64,000 nucleotides of DNA from Octopus bimaculoides (taxonomy: Eukaryota), in NCBI RefSeq assembly GCF_001194135.2, contig NC_068985.1, positions 79,454,360-79,518,359 on the forward strand. The letters run 5' to 3'. Of the stretch, positions 26,367-39,849 are shown one piece after another. The notes beneath the pieces were generated by a model that was not told the DNA's origin, searched no databases, and saw only the letters and a list, made by a program, of their open reading frames with translations. Positions within the stretch are counted from its first letter, which is position 1. The number at the start of each line of letters is the position of its first letter. The translations under genes and the position numbers were made by a program.

Positions 26367-26689
26367 ATATACCTACATACGCACACAGCTACATGTTTGA
26401 ATATAAACACATACGTGAACACACACAACCACAAACATACACCGACATATGTCTGTTTATAAGAATGTGCTTGTGCACGAATTTGCATGCATGTATATGT
26501 ATATAAGCTTGTATGTAGATATGTGTGTGCTTGTATGTGTGTGTGTGTTTACTTCTTTCCTCATCTTTCTATCAGTCCCTGTACCTTTCTGACTAGGTAA
26601 TTATTAAACAACTTGTCAACTTCGCCGTCAGTCTGTCTGTCCGTCGATCAGCCATTTTCTTTCTTCTTTCGCTTCTTTTCCTCTCAGTA

Positions 26690-26734
26690 CAGAGAGAGAG
26701 AGAGAGAGAAAGAGAGAGATAGAGAGAGAGATAA

Positions 26735-26769
<35 letters not shown>

Positions 26770-26945
26770 AAGAGATAGAGAGAGATAGAGAGAGAGAGGG
26801 AGCAGAAAGACAGACAGACAGACACAAACACACACAGACACAAACACGCACACACAGACACACACACGCACACACAGACACACAAACAAACACGCAGAAA
26901 AGTACGCACGTAAACACAAACAAATATACACGTAAACAAACACAA

Positions 26946-27017
<72 letters not shown>

Positions 27018-27020
27018 GCG
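26690..27020. repeat. Compound (AG)n/(CA)n/(TA)n microsatellite
   Basis: Seen directly. Confidence 0.95.
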
Positions 27021-27548
27021 TGTATGTGTACGCACGTATTTATATATGTCTACGTGTGTGTGTGTGTGTGTGTGTTTCAGCGTGTGTGTCTATACGAATG
27101 AATACTAGTCGATTTACTATATTTTCCATCCGTTCATCCATCCGTCTATCCATCTGTTAAATTTTCCATCTTCGATATATGTGCAACTGTATCGTTATGT
27201 CACTCTAATCTTCTATGCATACATGCATATATCGACGTATGCATTAATGCATTGTATGCGTTTGTTTTTGTATGAATTTGTGTATGTACGAGCGTATATA
27301 TACGTACATGTATCTACATATGTTTCTATTAATCTATCATAACTGACATCTACACAAACACAAGCACACACGGACATGGGCACACACGCACTCGGGTACA
27401 CACGCACACACATGCATACTTCTATATTTTTGTGTGTGGACATATATTTCTATGCGCATGTGCGCACCTGCGTGCCATATATATATGTTGTGTGTGTGTG
27501 TGAGTGTGTCTGTGTGTGCCTGTATGTATGTATATACATACATATATA

Positions 27549-27945
27549 TGGAGGCGCAATGGCTCAGTGGTTAGGGCAGCGGACACGCGGTCATAGGATC
27601 GCGGTTTCGATTTCCAGACCGGGCGCTGTGAGTGTTTATTGAGCGAAAACACCTAAGGCCCCACGAGGCTCCGGCAGGGGATGGTGGCGAACCTTGCTGT
27701 ACTCTTTCACCACAACTTTCTCTCACTCTTACTTCCTGTTTCTGTTGTGCCTGTAATTCAAAGGGTCATCCTTGTCACACTGTGTCACGCTGAATATCCC
27801 CGAGAACTACGTTTAGGGTACACGTGTCTGTGGAGTGCTCAGCCACTTGCACGTTAATTTCACGAGCAGGCTGTTCCGTTGACCGGATCAACTGGAACGC
27901 ACGACGTCGTTAGCGACGGAGTGCCAACAGCAACAACAACAACAG
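27549..27945 (+). mobile_element. tRNA-derived SINE, family A (full length)
   Basis: Closely similar to 5736-6123, with (aac)n tail. Confidence 0.92.
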
Positions 27946-27955
27946 CACACACACG

Positions 27956-28023
<68 letters not shown>

Positions 28024-28179
28024 ACATACATACATACATACACCACATATGCATGTACATGTATTTGTGTTTGTGTTTCTCAGAGTGTGTATGCTTCTTT
28101 TATCTAACGATCTCTGCATGTGTATATGTATATATCTATGTATGTATATTTGTTTGTGTGTGCTTGTGTGTCTGTGTTT

Positions 28180-28355
28180 GTCCCCACCATCACTTGACAA
28201 CAGATTGTAACGTGTCTACGTCCCCGTAACATAGCGGTTCAGCAAAATCAACCGATAGAATAAGTATTATGCTTACAAAGTCCTGGTGTCGATTTGTCGA
28301 CTAAAAGCAGTGCTCCAGCATGGCCGCAGTCAAATGACTGGAACAAATGAAAGAA
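28180..28355 (+). mobile_element. SINE family B, 3' part
   Basis: gtttgtccccacc...gatagaataagta...ccagcatggccgcagtcaaatgactggaacaa. Confidence 0.8.
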
Positions 28356-28944
28356 AATTCATATATATATATATATGCATACGTATACATACATTTATAC
28401 ATATATATATAAATTTACACACACATACGTATACATATATATATGCATATATATATAAATTTACACACACACACACACACACACACAGACATATAGATAC
28501 ATAAAAGGCATATAGATATATGTGTATGTTTGTGCGAGTGTGTACGGATGTGATTTTTAGAAAATGTGCACACACTCTTTTAAACAATCAATACGGCTTC
28601 CCCTATTAATACATTCCACTCTCACGTATTCCTCTATATGAATGACTGTGTGTGTGTGTGCGTATATGTAAATACACAAACAAACATATTATATGTACGC
28701 GTATCAGCTCTAAGAAGTGGTGTGTATAACTACAAACTTCTTGCCAATTCAGAATATGCTTTAGACATATTCGAATCTGTAAGAAAGCCATTCATTTTAT
28801 TTTGTCGCGGAGAAAATTTATAGCTGTAGACAGAAACACGCTGACACACCGAGTTAGCTGGCTGAACACCCCGTAACCAGAATGTTATGCATGTATGTAC
28901 GTATTATGTATGTATGTATTATGTATGTGTTTTCTTTTATTTTT

Positions 28945-29135
28945 TCTTTTACTTGTTTCAGTCATTTGACGGTGGCCATGCTGGAGCACCGCCTGTAGTC
29001 GAACAAATATACCCCAAGACTTATTCTTTGTAAGCTTAGTACTTATTCTATCGGTTTCTTTTGCCGAACCGCTATGTTACGAGGACGTAAACACACCAAA
29101 ACCGGTTGTTAAGCGATGGTTGGGGTCAACCACAA
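28945..29135 (-). mobile_element. SINE family B, 3' part
   Basis: cttgtttcagtcatttgacggtggccatgctggagcac...acttattctatcgg is the reverse complement of the family B tail. Confidence 0.8.
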
Positions 29136-29615
29136 ACACATACGCACATAAACACACACGCACGCACACACACATACACACACACACACACACACACANN
29201 NNNNNNNNNNNNNNNNNNNNNNNNNNNNNNNNNNNNNNNNNNNNNNNNNNNNNNNNNNNNNNNNNNNNNNNNNNNNNNNNNNNNNNNNNNNNNNNNNNNN
29301 NNNNNNNNNNNNNNNNNNNNNNNNNNNNNNNNNNNNNNNNNNNNNNNNNNNNNNNNNNNNNNNNNNNNNNNNNNNNNNNNNNNNNNNNNNNNNNNNNNNN
29401 NNNNNNNNNNNNNNNNNNNNNNNNNNNNNNNNNNNNNNNNNNNNNNNNNNNNNNNNNNNNNNNNNNNNNNNNNNNNNNNNNNNNNNNNNNNNNNNNNNNN
29501 NNNNNNNNNNNNNNNNNNNNNNNNNNNNNNNNNNNNNNNNNNNNNNNNNNNNNNNNNNNNNNNNNNNNNNNNNNNNNNNNNNNNNNNNNNNNNNNNNNNN
29601 NNNNNNNNNNNNNNN

Positions 29616-29648
<33 letters not shown>

Positions 29649-30094
29649 TTGTGTGGAGGGATACATTTGGATAAATAGATACAGAAAAAGGAAAGGAACA
29701 ATATGTGAACTCGTTTTAATTATTTATGTTTTGTGTGTATGTATGCGTGTGTATGAGAGTGTGTGCATTGTGTGTATGAGTGTATATTTGTGTGTCTGTG
29801 TATTTCTGAAAATTTTAGTGAAAGATAATCTAGCTTCGTTCCGGTGAAATATCTTCAAATTAAATTTCCTGAAACTAAGTTATTTGCTAGTTTAACGATA
29901 TTTCTATCACTGCTCCTGTAAGATGCAAGTACAACAGATCTGACGTAATTATCTGTGACACACAAAAAACAAAAGTCTACATGTAAAGATCCGTTTCAAC
30001 TAGATCGTGGCACAGTTTACAGATTTGTGGGCTGTGTAGCCGGTGACTTAAAATTGTGAACAGGCTACTCTTTCCCTATATATTGGTCAACTTA

Positions 30095-30700
30095 ATTCTC
30101 TATTTAGATACAATCAGGAGGACCAGATGCGATTCGTCCGTTTCCTTATTTTTAACTTCCAAGACATCCAGTCAGTTGGGAACGTTTGAAAAGGCTTGAG
30201 AGCTTTCTGCATAACCCTCTCCTATTGGCAAAAGCCATGCAATCTCATCGAGCATCGAAGGTGATGCTCTAATCTCCCATTTGCACTAAAGAGCGGGTCA
30301 TTTCCAGAAAACGCTCTAGATGCCTAAAGAAATCTGGTTACTCAGTCCCTGGGCAGGGAGTAGATGGCTTCTATTTGGAAGTTAAGGCTTTTGTTTCTGG
30401 TCACTTCTAGCACTGAAGTACACAGAAGATGGTTCGTATTGTGAGATCCTCAGCTTTCCGATATAACACAGGTACTCCGATGCCCGGTCAGCTTTAAGAT
30501 GTCTATACATCATAGCCATCGAAGATTAGCGTGGTGGGTCGTGGCTCTGAATTTCTGGTCACCCAGGAGGCTATTATATTTATGTCTAATGACCTGAGGT
30601 CATTGATAAGGTGACATTGCTTCCAAGTCGACGCGACACATCCTAAAAGAATGCTAGCAGCAGTCGACCATTGGTGACTAAGTCCGTCTGCGCAGACTAC
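30095..30700 (-). mobile_element. Tx1/L1-clade LINE APE endonuclease remnant
   Basis: ILLGCV...HLINDLRSLDINII...GVPVLYRK...IYSLP...LERFLEMTRSLV.MGD match the APE domain motif order. Confidence 0.65.
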
Positions 30701-31155
30701 AGTGGTTTGGCCGCGTCTGCAGGATGAGTAACGGAAGACTACCACACCAACTGTTGTGGGGGGCAGCGACCGACGCACTAGAAAATCCAGTCAATCGCAC
30801 CAAAAAAGTGGTGATGATGATAATGATAGCGTTGATGGTATAAGTGTTGTTGTTGTGGGAGGTGTTAATGTATGCTATTTAAATGCATCGCTTCCGTTGG
30901 TACAAAACTCCGAACTTTTTTGTTGAGGAAAATGTTTTCGCTCACTTCTTGTCTTTTTATTGGGCACTTTTTCACGTTTAGAGTCTTCCTTGTTAGTTTC
31001 AGCTCGAGACTTGTCTGAATGGTCCGAGGTGAAGTATGGAATATCTTGCAGGTGTTTGTAATTTTGTTACATAGTGAACTGGTATCAGTGTGAATTTCTT
31101 ACGGTGGAGTACTCGTAATCTAAGGGCTTCTGATCGACAAATCATTCGTATAGAG

Positions 31156-31320
31156 CAGTGGTTCCCCAACTTTTCACTACCAAGGTCTCCTTTTATTTAA
31201 ATGAGTTTTCCCACAGATCCCAGGATATTGAAAGTTCTGTCAGCTTAACATGTTCACAGACCCCCAGTATTACCTTTGCGGACGACCTGGGGTCCGCGGA
31301 CCGCAGGTTGGGAACCACTG
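31156..31320. mobile_element. Non-autonomous hAT (Charlie-like) element, 165 bp
   Basis: TIR CAGTGGTTCCC(C)AAC / GTTGGGAACCACTG; 8-bp TSD GTATAGAG (31148-31155) / GTATAGAT (31321-31328). Confidence 0.92.
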
Positions 31321-32184
31321 GTATAGATCCATACTAGTTAATACATGTAACAAAGCCTATGTTACCCCAGATACTATTCAAGGACAGTTAAACATTTTCT
31401 ACGCAGGCTCATTCCAGTCTATGCCTCACCAATGATATATATATCTGCATATTTTCGGTCTTCTCTCTATTATCTCAAGGAACTATGCCGGTATTGTAAT
31501 TGCAACTTTTCAGCTACTGCAAAGTACTGATGTTTTTTGTCCAATGGGACAAGGACAAAATCAAAAGTTTTTGCAACATCAGCAAATGAGTTAGATTTGC
31601 TGTGCTTCCACTACGTGCCTGTATATTTGCTGCTGTTCTTTCTTCTGTTATTGCTTATAACTTTTGTGGAGGTTGTAGTTAGATTAGTAGTACTATAGTT
31701 TGTTGAATTTATTTCCCTTATTGGTCATTTTGTGGACGACGGCGGCGGTTTTCTACTATTTGGCAGATCGCTGCTGTTATTGTTGTTGTTGCTGCTATTG
31801 TCATTCTGGCTACTGTTGATACTACTGCTACAGTTGTTGGTCACTGCTGCGGTTGTGATGCTATGTGGTCAGAGGTATTGACTTCGAACGAGGGTTTCAC
31901 ATTGAAAACACCACTTACTTTATTCTAGCTGCCCGATAGCTTCAAAGCCTTTTTGGAAATTTTGTTTTACTTTGAATACAATGGGGTGAGTAATTAAAAA
32001 GAATCAACCAGTTCCTTATAGTCCTAGTTGGCTTAACACGATAAAAACAATAAAATTAAGAAATACAACCAACTGGAAAGAAAAAGAAGACACAGGCTAA
32101 CGGAGCTTCTGAATCACATTCAGCTAGTGTGATGAACAATAACAATAACGAAAATGACAAGAATTAATAAATTTTAATTATAGT

Positions 32185-32237
<53 letters not shown>

Positions 32238-32254
32238 TGATGATGATGGTAAGA

Positions 32255-32720
32255 TATTATTATAAAAGATCAGACTAAGAACATGTGTTTATTAATTGAC
32301 ATGAGTATTCCCTGCGATTATAATATAGCGGCGAAAGAATTTGACAAGATCAGTAAATATAAAGACTTGCTAATAGAAATTGAAAAAACGAGGCACCGTA
32401 CCAGTGATTGTAGGATCTCTAGGAATGATAAAAAAAGGTCTGAAACCTACTTGAATATGATACAGGAAGTGTAAAAATCGTGTTAACTGGAACGACTCAT
32501 GTACTGAGAAGAGCATTATCGCTGTGAAAACAACATCTATTAATGAATTTATTTATTTATTATTTTTTTTTTAAATACATATTTTACCTGAGAATTTGTG
32601 TGTGTAAACTGGGAATGTATACAATGAGTTTCTCTGCCCTAGCTGTACGGAAAACACTCGGCGAGAAATGGAAGAAAATTTGAAGAAAGAAGAAAAAAAA
32701 AACAACATAATAATAATAAT
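32255..32720 (+). mobile_element. 5'-truncated R4/Dong-type LINE (RLE domain plus 3' UTR)
   Basis: IIKDQTKNMCLLIDMSIPCDYNIAAKEFDKISKYKDLLIEIEK...IVLTGTTHVLRRALSL*; 3' UTR shared with 41756-41850; (AAT)n on both flanks. Confidence 0.88.
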
Positions 32721-33049
32721 TTTATTATTATTCTTATTATTGTTCATCTATCAACACGTATTGTACATTTCTCCCATAAGTTTTTTTTGTTATTTATACT
32801 GTACATTTGCTATCGTTATATAAATAAACGAACCGGTACCTTAGGAAGCCAGTAAGATTTTCTCCATCTGTAGCTCTTAGGGGCTAAATTCAGAGTTGTT
32901 TAGCAAACAAGCCTCTCAGTTTTTGTATTTTTAAAAATAGAAAGACGGTGGACGAGGGTTGCTGTTCACTGAAAAGAACAGACTGTTATCTGTAGAACAC
33001 AACATCCAAATAGTTGGTGGACAAAAATTGACGCAAGATACTCGAGTCC

Positions 33050-35290
33050 TAGCAAGTGTGCATGGCATATCAGCATCACTTCGCTCAACAGTGTGGAGCG
33101 AATGGAAGTCTGGAACTGAGGATGAACTTCAGTGCCTTTTTCGACGGCAAACCACATCCTTCGGCAAGCGGAGCGGAGCATTGTAAAATGCTGATAACAG
33201 CCGCGGAAATACGGGATGCGATTATCGGCTGCACGAGGATGCGAATAGCCTTCTTTGAATGCCCTACGAGCTTTACTTTTATATACCGCAAATAGAAGTG
33301 GAGCGAGAGAATTTCTAGTTCTGTGAGTCGAGGAGCGGTGGCACTGCTGAGAAATGACCCACCCAAAACGCTGCTGAAGGTAAACTCAACAAGTTTGGAC
33401 TAGGGGTCAGTAAAGAGTTTGGCGCTTGTGTGTGAGTGGAACTGATTGGTGATGCACAAACATGCTCAATTCCAAGCGGATCCATCCAAGACAACCTCCA
33501 CCTCATGCGATACATCCAGGCAGGGTGTGTAAAGTGCCGGTATGGGTGGGGCTCTGATCAATTTGGATCAAGGGAAATGGTTACCTATCGGATCGATTAA
33601 CCATGATGCGCTCGGTCTGTCAGTGGTGTATGTTCTCGTCTCCTCTATATGCACTAGCTCTAGAGCCACTACTGCGAAAATTCGAGGCGTTGAGAGGCAT
33701 GCCTTGTGAACTAGAACTTGGGAAAACCGTATCAACATACGGGTTAAATTGCTCGGGGTTTTGGTTTGGTCCTGACCTCCAGGCGGAGAAGAACTGGGTG
33801 AAGGTGACAAGCAGGGTGAGCAATCTCGACCAAAAATAGCCGAGAGAAAGCTATCCCTGAAAGGTCGGGCAAAGGTAGAGAATTCTTACATCGCCTCCCT
33901 TATATATTATCGCCTGACCGTTGTGCCGTGATCCAGTTTACGTCAAACTAAACTGGAGCACACTGTCTTATACTTTCTGTGGAAGGGACGCGTTCCACTG
34001 GTCAGACACTCTATTTGCTGTCAACACCTGCTGAATGGAGGACTGAGCATGCCGTGGCATGCACAAACATGCACTGCGACTGCGACATCTCCGGCGTTTC
34101 CTTGACAATGAGCAGGTGTAGCTGCTATTTGTCACACAGGATTTTCCACAGCTCGTCTCTTTGACAGACCGGCAGTCGTGGATCGAGCGTAGAACGAGGC
34201 AGGGTGCCTGGCACCTTGTGTGTCGTCAGGTGCTCACAGTTCACTGTCAGTCGAGCAATCAGGTCAGTAGAAGTTCCCCTCGGGCGGTCTATAGAGGGTT
34301 TGTGGTGGATTAGTGCGACGACGTTCTCCGGGAGACTCTGGGCATTGACGAGAATCAACTGGCCGGTTTGATCAGGAGGACTTTTGCGCCAGGGCNNNNN
34401 NNNNNNNNNNNNNNNNNNNNNNNNNNNNNNNNNNNNNNNNNNNNNNNNNNNNNNNNNNNNNNNNNNNNNNNNNNNNNNNNNNNNNNNNNNNNNNNNNNNN
34501 NNNNNNNNNNNNNNNNNNNNNNNNNNNNNNNNNNNNNNNNNNNNNNNNNNNNNNNNNNNNNNNNNNNNNNNNNNNNNNNNNNNNNNNNNNNNNNNNNNNN
34601 NNNNNNNNNNNNNNNNNNNNNNNNNNNNNNNNNNNNNNNNNNNNNNNNNNNNNNNNNNNNNNNNNNNNNNNNNNNNNNNNNNNNNNNNNNNNNNNNNNNN
34701 NNNNNNNNNNNNNNNNNNNNNNNNNNNNNNNNNNNNNNNNNNNNNNNNNNNNNNNNNNNNNNNNNNNNNNNNNNNNNNNNNNNNNNNNNNNNNNNNNNNN
34801 NNNNNNNNNNNNNNNNNNNNNNNNNNNNNNNNNNNNNNNNNNNNNNNNNNNNNNNNNGCCTTAGCGAAATATGTTATGCGGCGGATCAGATTGAAATAGC
34901 TGGGAACCGGTACTTTCTTCTTTGACCAAGATCTCATCAACGTTTTCATGAAAGAGGGTAAGTGTGAGAATTCCTGCCTCCCAGTAATTTTGTTAAAAAG
35001 TGGGTGAATGTAAGGCGAATGACCCGATTCAACTACTCTAAGCATGCGCCTCTAGATTAAGAGTAGATGAAGAGGAGAAAGCACCTTCCCTAGAGGCCAG
35101 AGCGATCGTAATTTTTGATGGGTTTCTACGAGCAGCTACGGGAAGTCTCCTTTGGGGGGGGGGGGTTAATTGTTAGAATCTTATTTATTGTTATTGTTTT
35201 GTTCACACGTTTTATTCCCACTTTGTATTGTATTGTCCAGTATTGTCCCCGGTGCTAATTTTTATGTCTCTATATAAACTTACAACAGTC
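33050..35290 (+). mobile_element. Tx1/L1-clade LINE ORF2 remnant with deletions and a gap
   Basis: ITAAEIRDAI, QTCSIPSGSIQDNLHLMRY, GGALINLDQ, SPLYALALEPLLRK, GFWFGPDLQAEKNW, LSLKGRAKVENSYIASLIYYRLTVVP. Confidence 0.85.
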
Positions 35291-35362
35291 TAAGAAATTT
35301 TTTATTTACTGTGGAATTTCCACGGTTACTGCAAGTCATTATAAGTGTTATTATACTTATTT

Positions 35363-35570
35363 AGGCGACGAGTTGACAGAATCGTTAGTACACCGGACAA
35401 AATGCAAAGCAGCGTTTCGTCTGTCTTTACGTTCTGAGTTCAAATTCTGCAGAGTTCGACTTTACGTTTTGTTCTTCCGGGGACAATAAAATAAGTACCA
35501 GTTGAGTACTAGGGTCGATTTAATCGACTTACCCCTTCCCCGAACTGGCATTCTGCCGAAATTTAAAACT
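35363..35570 (+). mobile_element. SINE family C
   Basis: ggcgacgagttgacagaatcgttag...ttctgagttcaaattc...taagtaccagttgagtactagggtcgat. Confidence 0.85.
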
Positions 35571-35724
35571 ATTATCACGAGTATTTCATCTTTTAATTTT
35601 GTTTCTATTTCTTGCCGTATGTCTTCCCGACACCTAGTGCAAAGAAACTCGCTGTATACATTGATAGGCCATTAAATTAAACTAACCAGATTATTCATAT
35701 AAAAAAATCAAATAAAGTTGTTGC

Positions 35725-35780
<56 letters not shown>

Positions 35781-36176
35781 NNNNNNNNNNNNNNNNNNNN
35801 NNNNNNNNNNNNNNNNNNNNNNNNNNNNNNNNNNNNNNNNNNNNNNNNNNNNNNNNNNNNNNNNNNNNNNNNNNNNNNNNNNNNNNNNNNNNNNNNNNNN
35901 NNNNNNNNNNNNNNNNNNNNNNNNNNNNNNNNNNNNNNNNNNNNNNNNNNNNNNNNNNNNNNNNNNNNNNNNNNNNNNNNNNNNNNNNNNNNNNNNNNNN
36001 NNNNNNNNNNNNNNNNNNNNNNNNNNNNNNNNNNNNNNNNNNNNNNNNNNNNNNNNNNNNNNNNNNNNNNNNNNNNNNNNNNNNNNNNNNNNNNNNNNNN
36101 NNNNNNNNNNNNNNNNNNNNNNNNNNNNNNNNNNNNNNNNNNNNNNNNNNNNNNNNNNNNNNNNNNNNNNNNNNNN

Positions 36177-36223
<47 letters not shown>

Positions 36224-36435
36224 AGTAGCCAGTTGGCAGAATCGTTAAAGCGCTGGACGAAATGCTTAGCGGTATTTCGCCCGTCGCTACGCTCTGAGTT
36301 CAAATTCCACCGAGATCGACTTTGCCTTTCAGCCTTTCGGAGTCGATAAATTAAGTACCAGTCTAGTACTGGGGTCGATGTGATCGACTATCCCACTCCC
36401 CATAAATTCCAGACCTTGTGCCTAAAGTGGGAAGG
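36224..36435 (+). mobile_element. SINE family C within a (TTA)n array
   Basis: gccagttggcagaatcgttaaagcgc...ctgagttcaaattcc...ctggggtcgatgtgatcgact; (TTA)n on both sides. Confidence 0.88.
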
Positions 36436-36483
<48 letters not shown>

Positions 36484-36489
<6 letters not shown>

Positions 36490-36672
36490 TAGTCTTATTC
36501 TTATTACGTGCTATTACTGCACTACCGAGTGTAGCTCTGTGTGCCTTGGGCATGTTCTGTGGTTTGTTGCGGTGTTCTTATTTTCTCTGTATTGAAAGTG
36601 CTTTACGTAGGATGTGTTCGGTGCCTAGCAGTGCTATTTTCTGTATGTTGTATACACTTGTAAGTCCATGTG
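36484..36672 (-). mobile_element. R4/Dong-type LINE extreme 3' end
   Basis: YNIQKIALLGTEHILRKALSIQRK*, short 3' UTR, then (AAT)n in element orientation. Confidence 0.8.
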
Positions 36673-36673
36673 T

Positions 36674-36736
<63 letters not shown>

Positions 36737-37499
36737 GTTGTTGTTGTTGTTGTTGTTGTTGTTTTATTGTTATATTGTGTTTTCGCTTTGTTTTTGGTCT
36801 TTCGAGTTATTATTCTTGTCTTTAATTCTGAATTTTGAATATATATATTGTAATCAGAAGACTAAGAAAATCTATTATATAATAAAGAACTAAAACCAGT
36901 GAGGTAGTGAATATATAAATGCCCTGAAGCTCTACCAACGTTTCATATTTTGCGATTCTCTTGAGGCGCACTGAGAAGAATGAACAATGCAGTTGATTTG
37001 ATATTTATAGTTCATAGCTAAAAACGAAATAAATATGAAAATAACAATTAATTTTTTTACCGCAAAAAAATAAAAAAGAATCCATTTAGATCGGACCTGC
37101 TGCACGGGTGCATTTAAGATATAAAAGCGGCAAGTTTATAGAGAATCTTAGTCAAATAGCTAATGGACATATAATGAAATGTAAAACAGATAATGCAATT
37201 ATTTCTTTTAAAAGCAAGTAAATTTAATATGTTATTGACTTCAAGTAGTAACGCAAAAGCAAATTAGATGGACAGAGAGATAGATAGATAGACAGATAAA
37301 TGGTAAAAGATTCACGTGTCACATTGATCTAGAGTGTTAAAAAATAAAGACAGATATGATCTAAGAACGGTCAAAATTAATTTAATGTTAAGAAGATCGC
37401 GTTTGCAATCATGTCATTTTGCGTTCAGTTTCACTACGCGGCAACTTGGGCAATTTTTTTTCTTCTATAGTCACGAACCAACCAATGCCGTGTAAGTGA

Positions 37500-37890
37500 A
37501 TTTGTTAGAGAGAAACTGTGAGGAAGCCCGCCATCGATACGTGAGTGTGTATGCGTGCTTTTGAGTCTGTATTTGTCTCCCACCCGTATCGCTTGAAACC
37601 GATATTGATTTGTTTACCGTCCTGTAACTTATAGGTTTGTCAAAAAAACCAGATGGAGAAAGTACCAGACTTACAATGTAAGTCTGTATTTGTCCCCTAC
37701 CCGTATCGCTTGAAACCGATGTTGATTTGTTTATCATCCCGTAACTTTTAGGTTTGTCAAAAGAACCAGATGGAGAAAGTATCAGACTTACAATGTAAGT
37801 ACTGGAGTCGATCTCTTCGATTAAACCTTTCAAAATAGGATCCCAGCATGGCCGCAGTCCAACGACTGAATCAAATAAGAGCAAAATATA
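37500..37890 (+). mobile_element. SINE family B with internal 117-bp tandem duplication
   Basis: tctgtatttgtc...agacttacaatgtaag repeated at 37566 and 37683; family B tail ccagcatggccgcagtc. Confidence 0.8.
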
Positions 37891-39014
37891 AAGCTAACTG
37901 AATTGATTGTAAACAAAGAAAGCCACGATAAACATAACTACGTTAAATAAACGGTATACAGATTGTTGTGCAATCTTTATACCGTTTTGCCATGGACCTG
38001 ACGCTGTATGACTTCGCTTTTTTCGTCACATTGTCAATAATGTTTGCATCCTCGTAACAGACATAAAAACAGCAACCAACTCTATATCATTTTTACCCGA
38101 AACAAAGCTGTAACATGAACTATGGTACCATTAATTCTGTCAAGCTTTATTTTTACGTGCTGAAATTATTTTTCCACCGCATAAGATACAGACTAAAATG
38201 GAACAGACTAGTTGACAGTCGCTTGGTTTTCCTGACAACTGCAGACAGAAGATGCTATGGTCGTACAAGAGCCAGTATCATTGCCTTAAGAATGTGTTTA
38301 AAACGTTTTCAGTAATACAAATAACTTTAACAGTTAAAACGTAGAAGGCATATAATAGACGTATTAGCCACTGTTGGAGAATCTTGACAGTGATCAGGTC
38401 GCAAATGGTGCAACGAAAGTTTTGACACCAAATAATAAATGTTTAAGTGAACTTAGCCGTTTTTTATCCATTTTCTTTTCTTTCTTTCGTTTTTTTTTTG
38501 TTGGATGGTTAATATGTGTCACGCACGCTGTAATGGCTTTAACATCAACACACAGTCTCAGATCAAATCAGTTGGCAGGCAATTACATCTCCTAAATTCA
38601 GTTTAGTATATTGCAAAAAAGACATGTTTGCACCAACCTAATTCTCGAGTTTGCGTTATACAGAGTATGGCTAATTATATATTCATTGGACTTTGATATT
38701 TTGTTTGAATAATCTGAAATTCCGATAATTGATGTTCAGATAACCGATCGCCAATTATCTTAATTAATTATGTACCAACAGAATACATAATTTATGAGAC
38801 GAATTAACCGTCAAAAGTGCACAAATAGAACTTCCGTATAACATATAGTCATATATTATTGCATAAACATGTTAAATCATAAAGATATACATGCAAAAAA
38901 GATATACATGCAACTAAATATATAGTTTATATTGTATATCCATATTCTCTGCTCATATGTACAGACACACACATACCATACACGCGCGAACACGCACGCA
39001 CACACACATCATAT

Positions 39015-39313
39015 GAGGGCTCATTGCACAGTGGTTAGAGCATCAAGCTCTCAATCATGAGGTAGTGAGTTCGATTCCCAGATCGGGCTGTGTGTTATGT
39101 TCTTCAGCAAGACACTTTATTTCACGTTGCTTCAGTTCACTCAGCCGTGCAAACGAGTTGCGATGTCACCGGTGCCAAGCTGTATCGTCCTTTGCTTTTC
39201 CTTTGGATAACATCGGTGGCGTGGTGAGGAGAGGTTGGGCCACTGCTATTCTTCTATAAACAGCCTTGCCTGGACTTGTGGCTCGGAGGGTAACTTTCTA
39301 GAGGTAATCCCAT

Positions 39314-39315
<2 letters not shown>
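39015..39315 (+). mobile_element. tRNA-derived SINE, family D
   Basis: gcacagtggttagagc (A box), gagttcgattccc (B box), ttcttcagcaagacactttatttcacgttgc core. Confidence 0.85.
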
Positions 39316-39371
<56 letters not shown>

Positions 39372-39411
39372 CACACGCATACATATACGTATACACACTT
39401 ACACACACGCA

Positions 39412-39771
39412 TTGTTGGCACTCCGTCGCTTACGACGTCGATTATTCCAGCCTGCTCGTGAAATTAACGTTCAAGTGGCTGAGCACTCCACAGACACGTG
39501 TACCCTTAATGTAGTTCTCGGGGATATTCAGCGTGACACAGTGTGACAAGGCTGGCCCTTTGAAATACAGGTACAACAGAAACAGGAAGAAAGAGTGAGA
39601 GAAAGTTGTGGTGAAAGAGTACAGCAAGGTTCGCCACCATCCCCTGCCGGAGCCTCGTGAGCTTTAGGGGTTTTCGCTCAATAAACACTCACAACGCCTG
39701 GTCTGGGAATCGAAACCGCGATCCTATGACCGCAAGACCGCTGCCCCAACCACTGGGCCATTGCGCCTCCA
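39412..39771 (-). mobile_element. tRNA-derived SINE, family A (full length)
   Basis: Reverse complement of 5736-6123. Confidence 0.92.
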
Positions 39772-39849
39772 CACATACACGCATACATATACGTATATAC
39801 GCATAAGTATCCATTTACGCATATACGCATACATACACGCATACATATA

